Positions 1 to 7,221 of a stretch of DNA of 64,000 bases are shown piece after piece. Under the pieces are notes generated by a model. That model saw nothing but the letters and a program-made list of their open reading frames with translations. It had not been told where the DNA came from and did no database searches. The translations under genes and the position numbers were made by a program. This stretch comes from Terriglobales bacterium. GTDB lineage: Bacteria > Acidobacteriota > Terriglobia > Terriglobales > Acidobacteriaceae. The DNA is taken from NCBI GenBank assembly GCA_963823845.1, contig CAWGND010000008.1, positions 729,124 to 793,123 on the forward strand, in the 5' to 3' direction. The first letter of the stretch is position 1, and every line of letters starts with the position of its first letter.

Positions 1-520
1 TCTACCCAGTCTCTGACCTTCGAAAAACATCGGCTTGCATGACCGATCCGAAAGTAGTTCACCCAGCCCCGGAGGATGGGATTGATTATCTCTATCACCG
101 CCTCCACTGGCTGGCTGATGTGCTGCCGGAAGACGTCTCTGAGCTTGGCAAAGAGCGCCGTTTGCTTCTTCATCTTTGGCACAAATTGCGGTCGCCACTT
201 CCTGTTACGGCCCAGAACGAGGCGATATTCAAAACCCAGGAACGCAAAGCTTTCGCCTTTTGTCAGGTCAATTGTCCGACTCTTTTCTTCGTTGATCTCC
301 ACTCGTAGCTTCGCCAGTTCTTGTCGCAGTCGTTTGTTTACCGCCCTTTTCAACCAGTCATTCCGCGGATGGGAGTCGATTAAGATCACCATGTCATCCG
401 CAAATCGCGCGTATTGCGCATGGTTGTATCTTCCGCGCCTCGTGGTGGCTATCGCCTTCTCCAGCATTTTGTCTACCTCAGTGAGATAGATGTTGCTGAG
501 CAAAGGTGAGAGCACTCCCC
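1..520 (-). pseudogene. Outer intron RT/maturase, C-terminal fragment (RT5-7 and X/maturase domain). It runs off the window.
   Basis: My own minus-strand translation reads GVLSPLLSNIYLTEVDKMLEKA...YARFADDMVILIDS...FLGFEYRL...INPILRGWVNYFRIGHA. It contains the YADD-type catalytic motif and the maturase RGWxNYF motif. No start codon is present, and it continues past position 1. Confidence 0.85.
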
Positions 521-2157
521 TTACGCAAAAGGTAATCTGGCCCGTCCGTCTGGTTCGGCGATGGGCAGCCGCCTTGTGGGAGACTCTGAGGTATCGAAAT
601 GCTATGGCGTATGGTGATCGTGTCGTCCCCAATCAAGACGTCTTTCACAACTAGCCGCACGATCCTCTGTCGTTCTGTAATACTCAGGGTGTCAGCAGCG
701 CCGCGCAGGCGGTCGAGGAACGCAATGAGGGTTTCCGCCAGGCGTAGGAAAACCGCTCGTTCATTAGCTTGATCGGCGATTGCCTGCAACTCGGCACGGA
801 GCGCCTGATCACGCTGGCGTAGCGCAGGCATTCGCACCCGCATCTGCTCGATTGACATGAGTTCTTCCTGGTAGGCGGTGAGAAGTCGTTCGATGCCCTT
901 GCCCACATGCACTAGTTCCCGTTGAAGGCTCTGTACGCGCTTTTGGGCTGGATCGGACGAACGTGCCGCTGACAGCCGACGGTCGAGTTCCATTTGTATG
1001 AGCGTGGGGTCTTCCAGAAGTCGGATTACCTCGCCCCAGACGATCTGGTCAAGCAGATCCTGTCGGACCAAGCGGCCGTTGTCACAAACAGGACCGCCCA
1101 GTTTTCGCCAGCCATCCGAACCAATGCATTTGTAATAGTGGATCTTGCGTGCGGTCGTTTGCGTCGATGTGCGCGCAAATGCATAGCCGCACTTTTGGCA
1201 GCTGACGAGGCCCTGCACGATACTTGGCTCGATGGTGCGACGGCGTGATCGTCTCTTGTTTTCCTGAAGGAGTTCCTGGGCACGGACGAAGCAGTCTTCG
1301 CTTACCAGTGCCGGCACCGGGATCTCGATCCACTCTTCGCGCGGGCGCTCGTGCCCGGCTGTCATGTTGGGCGTAATCACACCTCTCCGGCGCAGTGGAC
1401 GGATAACGCGTGTTCGTGAAGAAGCGCGTGTCTTGCCGAAACATGCGAAGCCACGATATGCAGAGTTGCGCAACACGGCCCAGACAGTCGAGCGTTCCCA
1501 CCGGGCACTTGCTTTCCGAGTTGGAATGCCATCGGCGTTGATCCGGCGGGTGATCTCACCGATGCTGATGCCCTCAACCGTGTACATCTCATAGATGGCC
1601 TGTACGACACGGGCCTCGGCCTCAACCACGGTGTACGAGGCAGGTGCCTCGTTGGTCTTGCGGATGTAGCAATAGCCATATGGGGCGCCGCTCATCACGC
1701 TCACCTCACCCGAGTGGGCCCGGTGTCGTTTGCCGCGACGCGATCGCTCCAGGATCTGCGCTCTCTCATACTCAGCTATCATCCCCTGAAACTGAATCAG
1801 CAACTGATCTTCCGCGCTGGCGCCCTGCGGTGCTTTAACAAAAAGCGTCTCGACTCCATTGCGGGCCAGTTCCTCGATCAGCAAAATCTGATATGCGTAC
1901 TTGCGGCTCAGCCGGTCAGGCGCATACACCAGCACCACCTGAATTTGGCCTTCGGCGGCTAGGTCCCTGACACGCTCAAGTCCTGGACGCTCCAGCAACG
2001 CTCCACTATAGCCGTCATCTTCGAAGACCCACTCCTTTGGCACCTCCAGATCGTGCGCTTGGGCGAATTCGACTAGCAATGCCGTCTGACTTGCTATCGT
2101 GTTCGCCTCGCGCTGCTGATCGGACGAGACCCGCGCGTAGATCGCTGCCATCCTCAT
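478..2157 (-). CDS. Large serine recombinase (resolvase N-terminal domain, recombinase domain, zinc ribbon and coiled coil)
   Basis: 559 aa. The N-terminus is MRMAAIYARVSSDQQ, with the catalytic Ser in YARVSS. Other motifs are GYSGALLERPGLERV, VLVYAPDRLSR, and a Cys cluster CQKCGYAF...YYKCIG...VCDN. A long helical C-terminus follows. The last 14 codons read through the terminal repeat into flanking intron DNA. Confidence 0.9.
   Translation of the reverse strand: MRMAAIYARVSSDQQREANTIASQTALLVEFAQAHDLEVPKEWVFEDDGYSGALLERPGLERVRDLAAEGQIQVVLVYAPDRLSRKYAYQILLIEELARNGVETLFVKAPQGASAEDQLLIQFQGMIAEYERAQILERSRRGKRHRAHSGEVSVMSGAPYGYCYIRKTNEAPASYTVVEAEARVVQAIYEMYTVEGISIGEITRRINADGIPTRKASARWERSTVWAVLRNSAYRGFACFGKTRASSRTRVIRPLRRRGVITPNMTAGHERPREEWIEIPVPALVSEDCFVRAQELLQENKRRSRRRTIEPSIVQGLVSCQKCGYAFARTSTQTTARKIHYYKCIGSDGWRKLGGPVCDNGRLVRQDLLDQIVWGEVIRLLEDPTLIQMELDRRLSAARSSDPAQKRVQSLQRELVHVGKGIERLLTAYQEELMSIEQMRVRMPALRQRDQALRAELQAIADQANERAVFLRLAETLIAFLDRLRGAADTLSITERQRIVRLVVKDVLIGDDTITIRHSISIPQSLPQGGCPSPNQTDGPDYLLRKGSALTFAQQHLSH
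521..536. repeat. Left terminal inverted repeat of the recombinase cassette
   Basis: TTACGCAAAAGGTAAT is a perfect reverse complement of 2717-2732. The outer 16 bp (505-520) match the partner flank at 12/16 positions. Confidence 0.9.
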
Positions 2158-2308
2158 GATCGGACTCCTTTACACTGCACCCGACGGGACGTTCCCGAAC
2201 AGGCACCAGAATGCCATAGGCCTGGGCGAGCTTCGAATCGTGCAGTCGATCAAACACATAGTCAATGTGAACTTGAAGCGGCCCGTGCGGTGTGCGCGGC
2301 TTAGCCAT
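2015..2308 (-). CDS. Small hypothetical ORF in the recombinase cassette (true length uncertain)
   Basis: Its start overlaps the stop of the upstream gene (ATGGCTAA), which suggests translational coupling. The last ~47 codons overlap the recombinase N-terminus in another frame. No family was recognised. Confidence 0.3.
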   Translation of the reverse strand: MAKPRTPHGPLQVHIDYVFDRLHDSKLAQAYGILVPVRERPVGCSVKESDHEDGSDLRAGLVRSAARGEHDSKSDGIASRIRPSARSGGAKGVGLRR

Positions 2309-2630
2309 CTCTTCTCTGAGTACCGAGAAACGTGGCCAACGCGCGAGTCACAATCGCTCCGATGGTCAGCCCACTGCTTCTCGCGTACGCTCGTAGAAGG
2401 CGCGCTGTTCTCGCGGGGAGCTTGAGCGTAATCGCCACAGTAGTCTCGGAGACTTCGACCGGCTGATCCAGATGGGACGCTTCCTCCAGGTACCGATACG
2501 CTTGACGTTCCGAGAGGCCGAACTTTCGCGATAAACGATGCATGGCCTCGGGCAACGCAATATCCCGCTGGAGCATGGAGTATGCGGTATTCAGTTGCCG
2601 AGCCTTGTCCGATTTGGTCGATCGGGACAT
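2301..2630 (-). CDS. Small DNA-binding protein (HTH-like N-terminus, ribbon-helix-helix-like C-terminus), first gene of the cassette
   Basis: 109 aa. LSRKFGLSERQAYRYLEEA looks like an HTH. VAITLKLPARTARLLRAYARSSGLTIGAIVTRAL looks like a CopG/RHH fold. This is a candidate regulator or directionality factor. Confidence 0.5.
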   Translation of the reverse strand: MSRSTKSDKARQLNTAYSMLQRDIALPEAMHRLSRKFGLSERQAYRYLEEASHLDQPVEVSETTVAITLKLPARTARLLRAYARSSGLTIGAIVTRALATFLGTQRRDG

Positions 2631-2716
2631 CTGCCATAAACGTATTACCTCTTAAGACGCAGATCAAGCACCGGGGCACTAGTTCGCCACCCCTTCAGTA
2701 CCCTCTCAAATGTGAA

Positions 2717-2732
2717 ATTACCTTTTGCGTAA
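2717..2732. repeat. Right terminal inverted repeat of the recombinase cassette
   Basis: ATTACCTTTTGCGTAA is a perfect reverse complement of 521-536. An internal partial copy, ATTACCTCTT, lies at 2644-2653. Confidence 0.9.
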
Positions 2733-2999
2733 GAGGAGCGATCACACCGCCTTGCGGAACTCCTTGCTTCCCTGTCGACTTTAGGATCTGGTTGAGTAGT
2801 CTCATCACCATCGGGTCCTGCACACGTCGAGCTACCTTCTCAAGCAGCAGATAATGCTGAACATTGTCGAAGTAGGCTCGCAGATCAAGATCAATGATGT
2901 GGGTCTTTCCCTCCATGATCGCTTTGTCCACTCGAAGCACCGCCTCCTGGGCTGTCTTCTTCGGCCGGTATCCGTAGGACCCCGATTCGAAATCAGCTT
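2733..2999 (-). pseudogene. Outer intron RT, middle fragment (RT2b-RT4)
   Basis: The minus-strand translation reads EADFESGSYGYRPKKTAQEAVLRVDKAIMEGKTHIIDLDLRAYFDNVQHYLLLEKVARRVQDPMVMRLL...GKQGVPQGGVIAPL. The listed ORF 2695-2940 is this fragment plus a read-through into the cassette repeat. Confidence 0.85.
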
Positions 3000-5049
3000 T
3001 CCGAGTAGAGGAGTCCCCGGTGTGCTTTAGGTGTTCTTTGGCTGTGTCCGCCGTTTCCAGCTTCGTGCCCGTTTAAGTTCACCATGGCTCACCGGATTCT
3101 CCCCCCTCACGGACCCCGCCGTGCAGATTTCCCGCAGCGGGTTCTTCAGGCGTGACTCCCCGCCCCGACCCAGGCGTGTGTGATCCGAGGTAACAACAGT
3201 GGATGCTGCCGCAGGATAGCGTTATATCTATCCCACGTCAGCGGCCGCCCGCGTGTTCGACGACCCAGCCACTCGCGCCAGATACGACATACGCGTCGAT
3301 AGAACTGCCAGATGCTGTAATAGTTCGTCGGGCGTCCATAGTACTGGTAGTGGCCGCGGAGTTTGGCGTTCAGGGCTTCCTGTTGCTGGTTCACTGGCGT
3401 GCGCCGATGTTGTTTACACCAGTCGGCTATTGCCTTCAGCCCTCTACGGAGCCGTTGGGCTAACGTCTTCACATGCACTGTGAATCCACCCTTCCGGCTA
3501 CGGGCGCAGAGGTGCTTGAATCCAAGGAAATCGAAGCTCTCGGGTTGTTTCCCCTGCTTCTTCGCATTCCTCGCTGCATGGCGCCCGAATTCAATCCGCC
3601 GCGTCTTCTCCGGGTGCAGGGTCAGACCGTACTTCTCGAATCGCTTCGGTAGGACCCTCATCACCTTTTCCGCGTCCGCCCTGTGCTGGAAACACAGGAT
3701 GGCATCATCAGCAAAACGGATCTCGTAAGCTTCCCCTTTCAGACGGGGCCGCACCACATCCTCGAACCACTCATCGAGTGCATGGTGCAGGTAGATGTTG
3801 GCCAGGAGCGGACTGATCGGCTGCCCCTGTCCTGTCCCCGTTTCGCTCACAAGCAGCTTGCCGTCTTCAATGACCCCGACCTTGATCCATTTCTGAATCA
3901 GACGGAGCACGCTGCCGTCACTTACGCGCTTCTCCACCATCTCGATGAGGATGCCCCTAACAATTTTGTCGAAGTATGAGCTGATGTCTATCTCCAGAAT
4001 CCATCCCGTGGGCCGGGTGCAGATCACCCGTCTCACTTCGTCCAGAGCCTGATGTTGACTGCGTCCGGGCCTAAACCCGTACGAGCAATCGAGAAAATCC
4101 TGCTCGTAGATGGCATTCATCAGATCAACCACCACTTTCTGCCCGATCTTGTCCTCAAGGCTGGGAATCGAGATTGGCCTCTGTTTCCCGTTCTCCTTGG
4201 GGATATAGACTCGGCGCAGCGGTTGTACCTGGTACTTGCCTGTCACGAGCCGCCGATGCAACTGGCGGACGTTCTCCTCGGCGTTGATCTCGTACTCCAG
4301 ATACGTGACCCCGTCGATCCCGGCGCTGGCATTCTTTCGTAGACTTCGAAATGCCTCATACAACTTCTCCACTGTAATCAGGTGAGCGATGGAGTAGAAC
4401 TGTCGCTTCGGATCTTCCTTGGCGAGTTCGGCTATTCTGTCGATGTCTGTGCACATAACGATTCGAGTTCTGAGTCTCGACTATGTCTCCTTTCAACAGA
4501 TTCGTACGCTTGCTCCCCCCTTCCCTCCAGTGGGTCCCGTGGCCGCTCCTTGCGGAAGCCCTGCGGTTCCCCACCTTCACCGGTACTATGGGGTTGTAAG
4601 ACTGCTCAACCATCCTTCCGTGCTTCCTTCGGTCTACCCTTGGTTGCACGTATCTCCCGACCCGATCCAAAGGGCGTTCCTCCTGGTGTGGGAGAGGATG
4701 GGGAGCTCTCTTGGGTTCCCGGCCAACCTCTTTGGAAACATGCCCCGGGCTAAAGACACCGCCGATCCCAGCACAACCTCGCAATAGCGGTTGCTGCTGA
4801 ATGCTGCCTTCCGCCTCTTCGAAAACGTCGGCATCGGAACTGTGAACCGATTTCGGTGTTGAACCCTCACGGCCTGCTTCCTCACTGTGTACGCTTCGCA
4901 CCCACCAGTCACCCAGTGAATGGCAACACTCGCTACTGACCTGTCTTGCTCGACTTTGATCAGACGGGATTTGCACCCGCTAGGCTGGATCAAGAGGTTT
5001 CACTGTCTTATTATCAGTTCCCCCTCCTCCGAGCTTTTCCCAACGCGAC
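3000..5049 (-). mobile_element. Inner group II intron (about 2.05 kb) nested in the outer intron RT ORF. Boundaries are approximate (+/- a few nt).
   Basis: The outer RT sequence ...LKLILEPIF ends at 5050 and resumes in phase as EADFESGSYGYRP at 2999. The interval holds about 590 nt of 5' non-coding RNA, an intact RT ORF (3146-4456) and about 146 nt of 3' non-coding RNA, which is the usual intron layout. Confidence 0.7.
3146..4456 (-). CDS. Group II intron reverse transcriptase/maturase (intact, no endonuclease domain evident)
   Basis: 436 aa. Motifs are SAGIDGVTY, RRVYIPKENGKQRPISIPSLEDKIGQ, SYGFRPGRSQHQAL, GTGQGQPISPLLANIYLH, IRFADDAILCF, FDFLGFKH and LRGHYQYYG (X domain). Confidence 0.93.
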   Translation of the reverse strand: MCTDIDRIAELAKEDPKRQFYSIAHLITVEKLYEAFRSLRKNASAGIDGVTYLEYEINAEENVRQLHRRLVTGKYQVQPLRRVYIPKENGKQRPISIPSLEDKIGQKVVVDLMNAIYEQDFLDCSYGFRPGRSQHQALDEVRRVICTRPTGWILEIDISSYFDKIVRGILIEMVEKRVSDGSVLRLIQKWIKVGVIEDGKLLVSETGTGQGQPISPLLANIYLHHALDEWFEDVVRPRLKGEAYEIRFADDAILCFQHRADAEKVMRVLPKRFEKYGLTLHPEKTRRIEFGRHAARNAKKQGKQPESFDFLGFKHLCARSRKGGFTVHVKTLAQRLRRGLKAIADWCKQHRRTPVNQQQEALNAKLRGHYQYYGRPTNYYSIWQFYRRVCRIWREWLGRRTRGRPLTWDRYNAILRQHPLLLPRITHAWVGAGSHA

Positions 5050-5433
5050 AAAGATAGGCTCCAAGATGAGCTTGAGCGCACCCTGGACCACACGATCACG
5101 AATTGCAGGAATCGAAAGAACGCGTACCTTACTTCCCCCGTCCTTCGGAATCTCCTTCTTTCGTACTCGCATGGGCTGATACGTTTTGTCGACCAGCTCA
5201 TTCTGTATCTGTTTCAGAAAACTCTCCCGTCCGCTTTCCTCGATGGACGCAAACGTAACTCCGTCAATTCCCGGAGCCCCGTCATTACTCTTCGCCATCA
5301 GGTAAGCTTCTTGGAGTGTTTCCGTTTTGCAGACATGAACGTATAGTCCCCAAAAGCGCCAAGCCGATTCAGCTTTCGCCTTGACGTATAGACTCCTTCG
5401 CAGGTCCTGCAAACTGATGGGCGTATTTGTCAT
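5050..5433 (-). pseudogene. Outer intron RT, N-terminal fragment (RT0-RT2a)
   Basis: MTNTPISLQDLRRSLYVKAK...NDGAPGIDGVTFASIEE...VRKKEIPKDGGSKVRVLSIPAIRDRVVQGALKLILEPIF. The listed ORF 5014-5493 adds 12 non-RT codons that read into the inner intron. Confidence 0.85.
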
Positions 5434-6143
5434 TCCACCCTTGCCTTCCTTTTTGTCAGAGTCATTACGAACAGCAGGGCTCCTTGGCTCCACGGCCGTT
5501 ACGCCGCTTCATCGCTACTCCAGGCCCGCCCGCCACCCTCTCGCCGTCCTTCCATTTCCCGGTGTCGCCGGTTATAGGTCGGACCTGCTCCAAAGATTTC
5601 GCTCTGGGACGAGGAGGGCTTCTCCAGTTGCTTAATATGTCCTTGTCATCGTGCTGTCGCTGACACCCCGCCAAAGTGGTTCGACGCTTCAGTCAGTTTG
5701 CGACGTACCATGCTGCCTTCATCCAGCTCCGAAGGATTCGGCCTTTGGGGCGACTATTTTTCGAGGCTACTTTGCGTTTACGATCATTACGGCCCGATGA
5801 CTTGCTCACCACCCTTAAGGTGGCTTTGTCGATAGACTTAAGAGATTCGGTTTCCCTTCTCTCCTCTATCCAAGCTACGAGGTTCCTGACTTTTTCCTCG
5901 ATGGGTTTACCTCCCACTGAACACATCAGCCTTTCTTTCTTCACTGGACATGCCGAAGCTCGATAGCCCGGCCCACCGGTACCTCTGGTCTACGCTTCAC
6001 GAGACACCTCACGATGTCACATGCAAGACTCGAGGCCAGGATGGATTCGCTACTTCCTTTCCTGTAGGGCTCTTGCATCCCCTACAACATGCCGGTTTAT
6101 CCCGGCGCACTCCGTATTGCCGGTAATACGTCCGCGACGCGAT

Positions 6144-7049
6144 CTAAGGGCCTTGATCGTTTCTCGACGAGCGCTCGATTTCCGCGTTGATCACTGCCCC
6201 GATAAGCAACGCTAGCCCGGTCGCATAGAGCCAGACCAAAAGAATCATCAATGCGCCCAATGACCCGTACGAGACGCTGTAATTATTAAAAAAATGCAGG
6301 TAGATACGGAATCCAAACGAAGCCGCCAGCCATATAAACCCACCAAATGCCGCTCCAGGCGTAAACCAATGCCAGCGACGGCGCTCTTTCAAGTCGGGAC
6401 CGTAGCGATAAATCAACGAACACGATAGGGCAACGAAGAAGATAGCAGTCGGCCACTGAATAGCCTTCCAGACGAGGACGACTAACGGATTCAATCGAAG
6501 TCCTGCCCCTAACCAACCCACAAAGTGGCTACCTGCAAGCACCATAAACAAGGCCGTAAGAAGCAGAATTGAGGCTACTAGACTCAATAAGAGTGCTATT
6601 GCGCGAGCTTTGAACCAGGAACGAGTCTCGCGGACATGAAACGCCGCATTCAGGAAGCCAATCATTGAACTTACGCAACTGGAGATACACCATAGGGCTG
6701 AAACTACGCCAAAAGTCAGTTTTCCTTGACTAGCGTGTGCCGCTATCTCGGTGGTTACTCCTCTCAAAAGTTGGAACGCAGTTGGTGGAAGAAACTCTGC
6801 GAAATAAGAAAGGAATTCGTTTTGAAGTTCGACACTGTGTGAGGCGAACAGGCCGAACAACGTCATCATCAAGAATATCAGCGGGAAAAGGGCGAATAAG
6901 AAATTGAAGGCGAGCTCGTCTGCCCGTCCAAAGACGTTATTTGCGTCGATTTCCTCGAAAACGGCTCGACCCAGTTGCCCAGGAGTCAGACCTCCGAGCT
7001 TCCATAAAGACCTGGCGGCGACGGAGGGCGGGCTTGTCTTTGCTTGCAC
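6144..7049 (-). CDS. YihY/virulence factor BrkB family membrane protein
   Basis: 301 aa, polytopic. ...ELAFNFLFALFPLIFL..., GALMILLVWLYATGLALLIGAVINAE is the typical YihY/BrkB C-terminal signature. Confidence 0.85.
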   Translation of the reverse strand: MQAKTSPPSVAARSLWKLGGLTPGQLGRAVFEEIDANNVFGRADELAFNFLFALFPLIFLMMTLFGLFASHSVELQNEFLSYFAEFLPPTAFQLLRGVTTEIAAHASQGKLTFGVVSALWCISSCVSSMIGFLNAAFHVRETRSWFKARAIALLLSLVASILLLTALFMVLAGSHFVGWLGAGLRLNPLVVLVWKAIQWPTAIFFVALSCSLIYRYGPDLKERRRWHWFTPGAAFGGFIWLAASFGFRIYLHFFNNYSVSYGSLGALMILLVWLYATGLALLIGAVINAEIERSSRNDQGP

Positions 7050-7221
7050 CGAACACCATATGCTCTTTTAAAGAGTCAGCTGAGAAATTGTACCTTCTCA
7101 GCTGACGTTCGGGGTGGATTGTTTGAATGCTAAGCATCGAAGAGGAGCACGAGGTGTTACAGAAGGCTGAACTCAGCGCCAAGCTGATTCAGAGAACAAC
7201 CTCGGAGGCTCCTAAGAGACT

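Larger units (their letters stand above)
521..2732 (-). mobile_element. 2.2-kb serine-recombinase cassette inserted in the intron RT ORF, bounded by perfect 16-bp inverted repeats
   Basis: TTACGCAAAAGGTAAT at 521-536 is the exact reverse complement of ATTACCTTTTGCGTAA at 2717-2732. RT-coding sequence stops and resumes exactly at these repeats. The cargo is three co-oriented genes (HTH/RHH protein, a small ORF, and a large serine recombinase). Confidence 0.75.
1..6110 (-). mobile_element. Group II intron (outer copy). Its 3' end lies beyond the window start, and it is interrupted by two nested insertions.
   Basis: The minus strand at 6110 reads GTGCGCCGGGATAAACC..., a canonical GUGCG intron 5' end, 33 nt after the stop of the upstream co-oriented gene. 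About 680 nt of non-coding RNA follow. Three collinear, in-phase RT/maturase fragments (5433-5050, 2999-2733, 520-1) then cover RT0-7 plus the X domain. Confidence 0.8.
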
